A DNA stretch of 62,278 nt, filler included, from Globobulimina sp. (taxonomy: Eukaryota), in NCBI GenBank assembly GCA_003354225.1. It is 33 parts of 33 records of this genome, joined end to end, with 100 filler letters (N's around TTAATTAATTAA, not from the genome) between each part and the next. Parts side by side here need not be neighbours in the genome. Positions count along the whole stretch, not along the records: positions 32,149 to 33,938 come from PIVH01011916.1; positions 34,039 to 35,828 come from PIVH01011917.1; positions 35,929 to 37,718 come from PIVH01011918.1; positions 37,819 to 39,608 come from PIVH01011919.1; positions 39,709 to 41,498 come from PIVH01011920.1; positions 41,599 to 43,388 come from PIVH01011921.1; positions 43,489 to 45,277 come from PIVH01011922.1; 26 more parts are not named here. The stretch is one strand, 5' to 3'. A program made the translations under genes and the position numbers. This document shows positions 32,212-43,490 of the stretch, piece by piece. Under the pieces are notes generated by a model. It worked only from the letters and a program-made list of their open reading frames with translations. It was not told the origin of the DNA and ran no database searches. Position 1 is the stretch's first letter, and each line of letters opens with the position of its first letter.

Positions 32212-33429
32212 TTGTTGAAATCCTGTCAGAGCATGATTTTGACCCTACAATTGATTTTATTACTAATATCGGCTTTTCCGGTGACAGGAATGGCATTTGT
32301 CACCTCACCGACTGGATACATCATAGTCTCTTCCTGCATTGGCATAGTCGGCGCAGCCTTCGTCATCACGCAACATCATACCACTGCGATGTTTGCGGGC
32401 AACACCGTTGGAACAGCCAACGGAACAGCGGCTGGATGGGGCAATTTTGGCGGAGGCTGTGCCAATTTCTTTATGCCGCTCTTATACGACCATTTAAAGC
32501 ATACTTACAATTTATCAAATAGCACATCGTGGCGATTATGTATGGTTATCCCTGGCTTGTCCTATATTGTCATGGCTGTCATATATTGGTTTGTCACTGT
32601 TGATAAACCAACAGCGAGCAAAGAAAAAACAGTTGACACAGAACAGCAAAATGAAACGCAACATCAAAAAATCGAATTGCCGAATTTAGCGGCACATTCT
32701 GTAGCGGATAAATCCTTTTCAGAGTTGGAGAATGCAGAACCGCTCCAACATAAAACAGCAACAGATGATGGTACATCTGTTTTTAGTTTGGGTTGCATGG
32801 ATTGTCGAACATGGATATTATTTCTAACATACGCTGCATGCTTTGGAATCGAATTAACTGTCTTACGATTTGCAGTGGAATATTTAATGTATTCTCTCGG
32901 TGTGGAACAGGAATTTGCGGGACTTATTATTTTATTTTTTGCATTTTGCAATTTGTTTGCAAGGTCGCTGGGTGGCTTTATTGCCGATGTGGTCTCTCAA
33001 TATACAGACAAATCGTTGCAAGGTCGAGTATGGTCGTTGTTCATTTTATTGTTATTGGAATCTGTGTTTTTAATCTTATTTAGTTTGGGCGAATTTGTTG
33101 ATAGTCTGTCATATACGGTATTTATGCTAATAATGTTTAGTTTGTGCGTTCAGGCCGCAGAAGGTGTGACATTTGCGATTGTGCCATTTGTTCAGCCAAA
33201 TGCAATTGGGATCGTTGCAGGGATTGTCGGTGCCGGAGGCAATATGGGCGCGATGCTATTCGCCTTTTTTATATTCACGAATGTTCCGCACATTTTGTCT
33301 TATTTTTATGCATGGCTAATATTAGGAATATTTGTATTCATTGCATCATTCGCGACTTTATTTATACAATTCTCTGAAGAGGAAATAAAAGCTGCTGATC
33401 AACTCAGCAAATCAGAGCCTGCCGTATAG
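32212..33429 (+). CDS. NRT2: High-affinity nitrate/nitrite transporter, NRT2/NarK (NNP) family, 5'-partial
   Basis: Nitrate signatures GTANGTAAGWGNFGGG and GIVGAGGNMG, plus FGIELT and ARSLGGFIAD; MFS topology. Confidence 0.93.
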   Translation: MLKSCQSMILTLQLILLLISAFPVTGMAFVTSPTGYIIVSSCIGIVGAAFVITQHHTTAMFAGNTVGTANGTAAGWGNFGGGCANFFMPLLYDHLKHTYNLSNSTSWRLCMVIPGLSYIVMAVIYWFVTVDKPTASKEKTVDTEQQNETQHQKIELPNLAAHSVADKSFSELENAEPLQHKTATDDGTSVFSLGCMDCRTWILFLTYAACFGIELTVLRFAVEYLMYSLGVEQEFAGLIILFFAFCNLFARSLGGFIADVVSQYTDKSLQGRVWSLFILLLLESVFLILFSLGEFVDSLSYTVFMLIMFSLCVQAAEGVTFAIVPFVQPNAIGIVAGIVGAGGNMGAMLFAFFIFTNVPHILSYFYAWLILGIFVFIASFATLFIQFSEEEIKAADQLSKSEPAV

Positions 33430-33577
33430 TCGATTGACTTGCTAATACTTTATGGATATGGCTCAAATATTAAATGAATATATACTGTAATCGTTGAATC
33501 ATAACGAATCTCTTGCATTGTAAATCAAAATAATTATTGTGAATTATTAATTATATGTATTACAGAACACGAGAACA

Positions 33578-33705
33578 CTGAGAGCAGTTTCTGGATGGAA
33601 TACATCTGTATGCATATATGTACTGACCAGTACTGATACGTATAGAGATGTACCGATATCCCGATAGAAACAGATGTACGTATTCCATCTAGAAACTGCG
33701 CCCAG
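33578..33705. repeat. Imperfect inverted repeat, MITE-like
   Basis: CAGTTTCTGGATGGAATAC pairs with GTATTCCATCTAGAAACTG. Confidence 0.55.
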
Positions 33706-34092
33706 AAACACTTGTTGCGGGTCAAAATTTAGTCAAGACGTAAATTAATTCAAAAACAAACTTTTAGGTAGGGAATGTTAGTAAATTACGTAATTAAAAT
33801 TGGATTGTAAAGAAGTTGGATCGCCATAGATCGATCATGTGATACATATCCCAAGGGGGAGGGGTCAGACTATGCCATAAAGTCGAGCAGCGGAAAAGTC
33901 ACACACATAAAAACACATTAAAAAAAATATAAAAAAAANNNNNNNNNNNNNNNNNNNNNNNNNNNNNNNNNNNNNNNNNNNNTTAATTAATTAANNNNNN
34001 NNNNNNNNNNNNNNNNNNNNNNNNNNNNNNNNNNNNNNAGTGTTTCAAAATCAATCGTTTGTAAACAAACGAGGCGAGAACATACAGTGAAA

Positions 34093-35699
34093 TCATGTAT
34101 TTTTTTGTTGAATATAGTCCAACAATTTCAGTTTATGCCCTAGTTTGTCAATACCAATGCTATCTAATTCATTCATCCTTAAATATTTGATGGAATCCAA
34201 ATCATCAAATCCATTTTTGACAAAAACAAAATAATATTGTTCCAAACCAACAATATCTTTAAGCCACAAATACAATTCGCTTTCTTTTATTTCTTTTAGT
34301 TTTAAATTGCTTTCTCGGTCAACAATACCATGACAATGACCATGGCAGTCACAGCAGCAACAATTTGTATTTATCTTCAATTCATTTACAATGGATAGCA
34401 ATTGCGTTATTTGTGAGTTAATGCATTGTAATTCCTTCCTATATGAATTATGTTTTTGTTTTTTCGAATCAGAAATTTCCTGAAAATATTTATTTTGTTT
34501 CAAATACCAATTCCAATCCGATTGTGTATCACATAACAAATCGCCTTTTAAATCATATTTATTTTTAATCAAAATATCTGCTTCGAAAGTCACACTGTCA
34601 TATTTTTTGAACAGCTGAAAAGATAAAACATCATGGCTCCATTTCGCAGATTGGTCATTGTCATAATCGAACTCCTTCACGCGGCGGTCTTTACTCTTTG
34701 TCTCTACGCAGGATAAACTATATTCGATCTCCAATTTGGATATATTCGACGGCAAAGAGCATAGTTGAATGTATAATTCAACATCACCTTAGCATGCAAT
34801 GTGCATTTGGATTGATCGTAAATTGAATGCATTTGCTATATATGCAATCGCAATGCATTCAATTTGCGATCATATAAAGTCAACCTTTTGACGCTGCATT
34901 GTCACCATTCGGAAAACATTGAATGCAAAACAAGCCTTCTTTTTCTATATTGCTTTCATAACATTTGCCAGTATTGCTTTGCTTCATTTTTTCCATCAGA
35001 GCTTTATTTATTTTCCATTCGATATTATGCACCTTTCTGTCTTCATTTTTGCTGCAGATTTGATAGAAAATGCGATTTTCTACCAATTGGATTCTGTTTT
35101 ATAGACACATAGTTTGTGCTTTATATAGTTAAATTTGTCATAATTATGTACCTTAAAATGGTGATTCGAATTATAAATGTCAACTGCGTGAAATTTGACA
35201 CTTCTTTCAGTGACAATGCGCCGTCACACCAACCAAAACTCGAATCCTTTTCATACGTAGCTATGCACGTATATTTTGAGCAGGATTCAATGCATTCGAT
35301 AGTTCTACGAACGATGATGTGATCCCATTTAGGTGGCAACGATAATAATTTAACAAATATATCAAATAAACCAATGCTGTCTTCATCAATTCCATTCGGA
35401 TAAGCTTGGATTATCCATTTTAGTCTGCCAATCTCAAATGGATCAGATCCAAATTGTTGTTTGTTTGATGCTGATGTCATGTCTTTAAATCGTTTATGGT
35501 CTGAGATGGTCCATTTGTATGTGCCAATATGAAGCATAAAATGATCCGATACATATGATAAACACAGAGCTGATATCTCATGTGGAATATTAAAATATGC
35601 ACAATTTTTGTTATCATTCAATAATAATGATTCTATCTGGCGAATGAATCCAAACACGATGTATTTTGTGCATTCATCCATTTCCGATCGTTGTGCCAT
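34093..35699 (-). CDS. Tandem MATH-domain plus C-terminal SAM-domain protein; introns 35094-35151 and 34788-34884
   Basis: YKWTI...SDPFEIGRLKWIIQAYPNG and IEWKI...FCIQCFPNG (two MATH domains); WLKDIVGLEQYY...GIDKLGHKLKLL (SAM). Both introns are GT-AG and restore the frame. Confidence 0.88.
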
Positions 35700-36307
35700 T
35701 TTGTATTTTAATGAAGTTTTTTAGTACATATATGAGTGCTGAAAACTGCAGTGCTGCTTCACTCTCACCGGGATGTTCAAGCAATCACCCACTACTGGAT
35801 GTTCAATGGAGCCAGACTTAGATACTGGNNNNNNNNNNNNNNNNNNNNNNNNNNNNNNNNNNNNNNNNNNNNTTAATTAATTAANNNNNNNNNNNNNNNN
35901 NNNNNNNNNNNNNNNNNNNNNNNNNNNNATTTGGCTGGGAGTAGTTTTAAAATGATTAAATAATAATTTTGTGATTAATTCTCTTCCAACAGATTTAGTA
36001 AATTGATTAAAAAATTCATCATCAGTTAATTGCGTGTCTAAATGTCGAAATCGGATCAAAGGAAGCAACGACATGGAACTGTCTGAAGAAGCTGCAAAAT
36101 ATGGATCTCTACTCCAAGTAAACAAGAAAAAGCGTCTTTTTGTCTTTTGTTTTTGTCTTTTTTACAAATATTACAATCCAAAGGACAAAATATAAAAATA
36201 AAAATATTATCTGAATCATTCGTTATAAAAAATCACACATCTCTTTAACTGTCGCTCCGCACGTAATGACTCATTAAAATTGCATTATAATCAGCCAGCT
36301 CGATCTG

Positions 36308-37718
36308 CTACAAAAGATAATTGAACATTCTTTCTGTGATCAAAGAAGCTGTTCGATTTTCACCCAAATATTCCTTCACATCAATTGTTGTCCAAATCCA
36401 TAATTGCTCCAATTCCAACACCATTTGCTTTGTAATAATATCCTTTGTTGCCATATCCCATAATCTAATCAATTCATCATAATGCCACATCAGTTTATAA
36501 TATGCTAGATTATGTATCTTCTGCTCGTCGCGCAATCTCCGCAATGCCAATGCCTGCAACGAATACAAATTGCCATCAACAATAGCTCTCAGCCAATTTG
36601 CTTCTTCCTCCTCAGGAATAACAGGATCATGCCGTTGAACCATAGTTGCATACATTTCGTTCAATGATTGAATTTGTGGGGAAAAAAATAACCATGTTCC
36701 AACAAACGGAAATATTTTGCCTCCGATATTCCTGCTTGCCGGTAAACTAAAACCTAAACCAAAATCAACCAACCAATATAAGCCACTTTTTGCATCAAAT
36801 AAAATATTGCCATGACTAATATCACAATGACCGATTCCCAATTCACCTGCAAATATGATAGTTGGTGTTAACTGTTGCAACATATTCATGGCATCCCGCT
36901 CATTGAATGTTGACATGTGGCTCAATGACACCGCATCAATATATTCCATTAGAATTGCAGCTGATGATCGACAACTAATTTCGATAAAATCGTCAACATT
37001 TCCAGCCCAAATGTAATCAACAATCATCGGGATTTGTATCGATTCATTTGTATAAAACGCTGCACGCCTGATTTTGCGCAAAATTTCTTGCTCAGCAAAA
37101 CATGAGTTAAGCTCAGGTTTTTTGAATATTTTTAATGCATAAAGTTTTCCAGTAATCGTGTGTTGCACTTTAAGCACAGTTGCTTGTGCTCCGTGACCAA
37201 GCTCTGCTACAACACGCAAAAACGCTTTACTAATCAAGCAAACATAAGGTTTGTAATAACTCCACGCCAATAGTAACCAATCAATTTGGGTAATTCCAAG
37301 TTTCTTTGTAAACGCAAATGTTTTAGTATAATATTTTGAAACCTTTTTCAATGTTCTTATCTGCTCATCTCTGGCTGTTGTGGTTCCATTAATTAGTGTT
37401 TCTAATTCACGAATTAACACTGTTAGACTGATAGATTGTTTTTTGGCCATTCCAGTGCTTTCCATCCATTCTAGAATCGATGTATAAACAATTAATGCAG
37501 TTTGTGCGCAACTACTCGATTCTTGCACTGACACTGTCTTTACATAAACTCCATTAATATCCACGTCAAAAGGAGCTGGTTGTTGCGGCGATGCAATTTG
37601 TGAAATCAATTTGTTCATTGCAATGATCAACGAATTTTCATTCTTGATGGTAGCAATCCATTGTGGTTTCTCGAATGCATAATAAGGTTTATAACTTGCT
37701 CTGAAGTCACAAAGAAAA
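36308..37718 (-). CDS. Divergent protein kinase with a FunK1-like catalytic loop, 5'-partial
   Basis: LGHGAQATV, YALKIF, HCDISHGNIL, DFG and GTWLF motifs. Confidence 0.85.
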
Positions 37719-37818
37719 NNNNNNNNNNNNNNNNNNNNNNNNNNNNNNNNNNNNNNNNNNNNTTAATTAATTAANNNNNNNNNNNNNNNNNNNNNNNNNN
37801 NNNNNNNNNNNNNNNNNN

Positions 37819-38531
37819 AACCACAGCATATTGAGAAAATTGTAGATGTCATTTTAAATAAATCCAATGGAAACACGGTGATTGTCTTCAATTGCATGAT
37901 GGGTAAAGGCCGAACGACGGAAGGGCTGATAATGGCGTGTTTGATTAAACAAATACAAAACGAAGAAATGGAAGAGAAACAATATGATATTATTAGTAAA
38001 AATAAATGGCCACATGATATACCTGAGGAATGCGAAGAATTTGTAGCATTTAAAAAAAAATTACAAAATGAAAAGGATATGATGATGGATGAAAAAAAGA
38101 ATGGGAACGATATTAATGAGGTGACTCAATTGAGTGAGGATGATATGAAAAAAGGGAATTTTGATTTAATTATAAAATTAGTAAATATCTTTAAAAGCGA
38201 ATATGGATTAAATGGCGATGCGATAAAGAAAGAGACGGATGATATTATCGATCGATGTCAACATTTACAGAATATGAGGGAATGTATTTATTTATCATTG
38301 CTAAGATATGTGAATGAATCGAGGCAAAAACAGAAAGAATATTGGAAGAAAATATCAAGGCAATATTTGCAAAGATATTATGTGTTAATTGCGTTTAATG
38401 CGTATTTGAATGATGTTGTCAAGAAACAAAAGAAACAATTGAATCAAGTTAAATATACGGAATGGATATCGGAGAAACCTGAAATTTATGGGAGTATCGC
38501 AAAATTAATATCCACATTCAATTGGAATTAA
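37819..38531 (+). CDS. Paladin/PTP-like phytase family phosphatase, C-terminal part, 5'-partial
   Basis: VFNCMMGKGRTT (CX5R), DDIIDRCQHLQNMRECI and YLQRYYVLIAFNAYL. Confidence 0.88.
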
Positions 38532-38627
38532 ATTAAAAACATATTTTAGTTTACTTTTTTTTTTTGCTTTGAATTGCTTTCGTCAAAATCCATAATTTTA
38601 CAGTGATTGTGTTTGGTGGTGAAATAA

Positions 38628-39176
38628 CTAGAATTGTGATATGAGAATATCTCCACATTCTGAGAATGGCAAGAATCCATCCTTTGAGACTGCAAAAATT
38701 GATAAACATAAAGGCGAAACAACACAATCTTTGAATGAAGGATTTGGATTATTTTTAGAAAGCAAATCTTCAACAAAGCAATAATTCGATTGTTTATCTT
38801 CCAATTTGCATGCTATTTTAATCAATGTTCCTTTGATAATTTGATATCTTCCTTTATTTTTAGATTTTGATTTTTTTTCATGTTTCCTATTTTGTTCCCT
38901 TTGTAAGATTTGGGATAATTTTCCTTTGATTAGCGCCAATAACTCAACATACAATTTGTTATTATTTTCCTTAAATTTAGGTAACTCGTTCTGTGGAATC
39001 ACCCAATATCACATAACCTTTTTTTGTGTCAAATGTATTTGTAAATTCTGTATGGAAATTAATACCACAAATCATAATGCATACTTACCAAGTTTAATAT
39101 GCACCAATTGGTAACTTGATACATTCTCATTTGAATGATTTGATACATTATTTGATTTGCTGTCTATGTTTGCCAT
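38628..39176 (-). CDS. Hypothetical spliced protein (exon structure uncertain)
   Basis: ATG at 39176, a GTAAGT donor near 39088, and a downstream 124-codon open frame. Confidence 0.4.
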
Positions 39177-39248
39177 GTTTTTAATGCAACTGTAGTGTCA
39201 GTGAATACGCACAAAAACGGGTGCTTTCAAATGTTAGATCAGAGTCAT

Positions 39249-39490
39249 TTAGATTTTGCCAATTATTATTCGTGTTTCATAACATCCAGGATACATTTCA
39301 AGAATTTCTTCATCTTTATCAAAATAATTTGAATTAAATAATATATTCTGGCGGATTGGCATCAAGAACATATAAACATTGATTACATTCGTTGTCTCCC
39401 CATAAATAATAGCCACCATCTGTTTTAATGATATTATGACTTGCACCACATTTAATGTCAATAATTGTTTCCTTTTTTAATGTTTCATTT
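39249..39490 (-). pseudogene. Degenerate RCC1-repeat gene 3' fragment
   Basis: Reads IIDIKCGASHNIIKTDGGYYLWGDNECNQC, then shifts frame before EILEMYPGCYETRII; upstream frames are broken. Confidence 0.6.
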
Positions 39491-40558
39491 GAAGACTTGC
39501 ATTTTAAAACCAAACCTTACTCTTTGTTTTGTTTAACTTCCATCAAAATCATCAAGAACGTGCTTAACCACATTAAAACCAGTTGTTTAATAAAGTTCAA
39601 ACGGTGTTNNNNNNNNNNNNNNNNNNNNNNNNNNNNNNNNNNNNNNNNNNNNTTAATTAATTAANNNNNNNNNNNNNNNNNNNNNNNNNNNNNNNNNNNN
39701 NNNNNNNNAGTTTAATTGTATTTTTAGATTGAATGTTGCTAATTTATTGTATTTTTAGATGAATTATGATTATGTTTATAATTTTGGGTGAATTATGATT
39801 ATGATTAGATAGTTTTCATCATTAACTTTTCTTTATCAAGCAAAATGAAAGAATTAAACATTGTATTTTTTTATTTTAGTTGTATATTTTTTATAATTGG
39901 TATCTCAACAATTGACTAAAGTCAACTAACTTCTAAGCTTTAAAAGTTAAAAGCATGTCACTTTTACAGTCACTTCTAGCCGAGATTGGATTTTTAAACT
40001 ACGATAGCAGTTTCTATATGAAACATCTATGTAATATATGCATATGCTATCTTAGTTTAAAAGCAATCTCAAAAACAACAGGCGATTTCTCACAATGGGA
40101 TTAATATTGTAAACACATAGAAATGGATCAATTTAACCGGCATAATATCCATGGATATTGTACATGCGCCAGATTCGAAGGAATATAATATCGCGGCGCC
40201 GACGTTTAATATCGCGATATTGCGAAAACGAAGCGGAAAACGAAGCGGAAAACGAAGCTGTAGTTTATAAATATAAAGAAAGCGAGAAAAGTGGATATAA
40301 AATAATATTATTGACTGAGTGCATGGATTTATATTTGAGGAAGAATATGTATCATTTTCTATTTATTTTATTTAGAAATGAAAACATTATTTTTGATTTG
40401 TTGCGACTGTGAATATAATTTGTTTACAATTTTATATGGTTTTTTGTTATATTTTGCAGTGATTTGCAGTGTGCTCGCACCGAATCCTCTGAGAAAACGC
40501 TGGTTTCATTTAAGTCCGAAAGAGTTATTGTTGCAATAAATATATCACTCCCAACCAA

Positions 40559-41497
40559 TTACTTTTTACTCAATTCAAAATCCTTAAACCTAAACACAGA
40601 TTTTTCAATTTTTTTATGTTTATCACTATCAACCAAATCATTCTGCGTCTTTGGATTTGGCAATAAAAATTTATCCCTTTTCTTTTTCTTTGTTTTCTTT
40701 TTCTTGTGTTTTTCATCCAAATTTAACAATCTCCCACCAATTCCAACTCCATATCTATCCTTTAATAATTTTTTATCTTTTATATATTTGCCAATCTCAA
40801 ACGTATTATTTGATTTGTTATCTATTCCGGATACACTTTCAATGGGATTGCTCCACCAATGCCCTCTCTCTTTATCCAGAGCTTCAATCTCTTTCTGTTT
40901 CCTTTCCTTTTCCGCTTTAACCTGATTTGGCAATGGATCGTTAAATGTGTTTTGATACACAATCGTTTGTAATATTTTTATTGTTTCCAATGGTTTGTCA
41001 TTCTTTTCATTGACGGCTACCTCTTCCATTCTGTTCAACACATTCATACCGCCCACCAACCGGCCAAACACAGAATGTTTATTATCCAAATGAGGCGAGG
41101 CCTGATATAGGATATAAAACTGCGATCCATTTGTGTCTGGCCCACTGTTCGCCATTGCAATAATGCCTCGTTCGTCGTGCGACAATAATTTATGAAACTC
41201 ATCCTCAAATTTTCCACTTGTAGTTTTCCAAAAACACTTCCCGCCATGGCCGCTGCCTTCGGGATCGCCGCCTTGCAGCATAAACGACATTATGTTACGA
41301 TGAAAGATGGTGTTGTCATAATACCCATTCTCGCAAAGACCTAAAAAGTTATAACACGTTTTTGGCGCATAATCACAGTCTAATAAGAAATTTAAACTGC
41401 CCATATTTGTAACGAGCCGAGCATAGCCTTTCTTGCCATGACCTTTGACATTTCGCCATTTTTCTTTGCGAACTTGCTCCTCTGTAAACGGCTGAAG
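40559..41497 (-). CDS. PPIL2: Cyclophilin-type PPIase, PPIL2/Cyp60-like C-terminal part, 5'-partial
   Basis: KKGYARLVTNMGSLNFLLDCD, FHRNIMSFMLQGGDP, AMANSGPDTNGSQF and HLDNKHSVFG. Confidence 0.85.
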   Translation of the reverse strand, partial: LQPFTEEQVRKEKWRNVKGHGKKGYARLVTNMGSLNFLLDCDYAPKTCYNFLGLCENGYYDNTIFHRNIMSFMLQGGDPEGSGHGGKCFWKTTSGKFEDEFHKLLSHDERGIIAMANSGPDTNGSQFYILYQASPHLDNKHSVFGRLVGGMNVLNRMEEVAVNEKNDKPLETIKILQTIVYQNTFNDPLPNQVKAEKERKQKEIEALDKERGHWWSNPIESVSGIDNKSNNTFEIGKYIKDKKLLKDRYGVGIGGRLLNLDEKHKKKKTKKKKRDKFLLPNPKTQNDLVDSDKHKKIEKSVFRFKDFELSKK

Positions 41498-41818
41498 TNN
41501 NNNNNNNNNNNNNNNNNNNNNNNNNNNNNNNNNNNNNNNNNNTTAATTAATTAANNNNNNNNNNNNNNNNNNNNNNNNNNNNNNNNNNNNNNNNNNNNAC
41601 TAAGCAACAAAAGTTAAATATAACTCTTTGAAACACATTGTTTTTAAAATCCGCAAATTCGCAAAGTCGTTTTGTTAGGAGATGGTGATGACCTCTCCAC
41701 ATAGGTCCATTTCATCTCAAGATAATGCAGAGTGAACGAAAACGACATTTGATGAAATGAACCTTTGATGGTAGTGGCTCATAAATGTTGCAACTGAAAG
41801 TTTTAGACTTTATTTTAA

Positions 41819-42985
41819 ATGGCAGTTAATTTATTTGACGCAATCACCGATGATGATACATTGAACACAAAATATTTAAAATTCATTGTGTCCCAACAAT
41901 CACGAACAATGAACGTTTCTCTTGGTGAGGATATAATTCACATAATTTCAATTTACAGCATCACTTATAATTGGCATGGTCGTTTCAAATGGTTTCCCAT
42001 TCAAACAGTTTTCCCATTCAAAGCGTACTCATTATTTCCCATTCAAACAGATTCAATTATTGCAATAAAAAGCATTGATTTTGAAGAAATTTATATTGTT
42101 CATTGCAGTACACCAAATTCACATTGTTATAATTATTATCCATATAAAGATAAATTTTATGAGTTTATGTCTAGAAAACCAACATATTCCAGAAATTCAC
42201 ATAGCACATTAATGAGTGATGGAAGACTTATATCAATGGGCGGTTCAACAAAACATATCGACATTTATGATCCACGAAGTGGTATATGGATAAATCATAA
42301 TTACTATCAAAATATAACTGATTTTGGTGATAAATGTGTTATTGTTCAAGACCAACTAAATTCAAATATAATCCATTGTGTTGGTGGCAAAAATATAACA
42401 TATAATGCATTACATTCGATGGACACTCGTCAAGGATTTAGATGTGTTTCTACCAACAAAATTTGTATAAATGGAACAAATCCATTAATACCATTACAAA
42501 AATTATTAATACCATTACAAAAATTAACAGGACATGCAGTTGTTATGAGTGATATGAATCGAATGTTATTATTTGGAGGACGTGCTTTAAATGGAGTATA
42601 TAAAATAAATTTGACTCAAAACGCAATGGATGAAGATGATAATAGGAAAACAGCGGAATGGGTCGGATTGTTAGATCGGTCATTATTTGGTTATGATATA
42701 ACACCGGATCGGAAATATTTAATAGTTGCGGGAGGATATGACAATGCAACATTTAGCAGACGGAGTACTATAAATATATTGGATTTGTGTCATGTGGATG
42801 GAGGGAAATATCCTTTGAATTTGATGCCGAACTTACAATTAAAATTACCAACAACACTGACTTCCATTGGTATTGCAACGCTCGATGATACTATTCATAT
42901 TTTTGGCGGTTTTGATGGACGAACTCGTACAAATACGCACTGGGTAGCAAGAACAAGAGATATCGTCATGGGTTCGGAATACTGA
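41819..42985 (+). CDS. Kelch-repeat beta-propeller protein
   Basis: Repeated GG motifs: LISMGG, IHCVGG, LLFGG, IVAGGYD and IHIFGGFDG. Confidence 0.85.
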   Translation: MAVNLFDAITDDDTLNTKYLKFIVSQQSRTMNVSLGEDIIHIISIYSITYNWHGRFKWFPIQTVFPFKAYSLFPIQTDSIIAIKSIDFEEIYIVHCSTPNSHCYNYYPYKDKFYEFMSRKPTYSRNSHSTLMSDGRLISMGGSTKHIDIYDPRSGIWINHNYYQNITDFGDKCVIVQDQLNSNIIHCVGGKNITYNALHSMDTRQGFRCVSTNKICINGTNPLIPLQKLLIPLQKLTGHAVVMSDMNRMLLFGGRALNGVYKINLTQNAMDEDDNRKTAEWVGLLDRSLFGYDITPDRKYLIVAGGYDNATFSRRSTINILDLCHVDGGKYPLNLMPNLQLKLPTTLTSIGIATLDDTIHIFGGFDGRTRTNTHWVARTRDIVMGSEY

Positions 42986-43490
42986 TTGTTGATAAAATCA
43001 ATCGTTGTCAATGAAAGAAATGCATTAAAGTCAGAGGTTTGAGAGGTTGAGAGGTTCAGAAGTTGAATTATTAATGAAACAAGAATCAAATTCTACGATA
43101 CTTTTATCCACCAACTTCCGAACATCCCAACCTCTCAACGCATAAACTTCTGAACCTCTCAACCAATGTGCAAGGATCAATGTCATGTTTCTTTTTAGCA
43201 ATAATTTTACATTCGATCCACACACATTCTAGTTTTGAAACAATGAAATAAAATAATGAAACATTTTTCCGATTCAAATTGATCATCAAACATTGCACTT
43301 CCTTGATAATTCAGTGGGCTTTTTTCCTATGCATACTGATGTATAATACTATAAATGTTTTGTAATATAAAATTGATTGCAAATCAATNNNNNNNNNNNN
43401 NNNNNNNNNNNNNNNNNNNNNNNNNNNNNNNNTTAATTAATTAANNNNNNNNNNNNNNNNNNNNNNNNNNNNNNNNNNNNNNNNNNNNCC

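Noticed and set aside
39009-39011. In-frame TGA (KKVM*YWVIP) as possible selenocysteine or recoding
   Set aside because: There is no redox motif or recognisable SECIS. A 27-nt GT-AG intron or pseudogenisation explains it equally well, and other genes here use TGA as stop.
40226-40258. GAAAACGAAGCG x3 repeat and ORF 40158-40412
   Set aside because: Short minisatellite with no support for coding or regulatory function.
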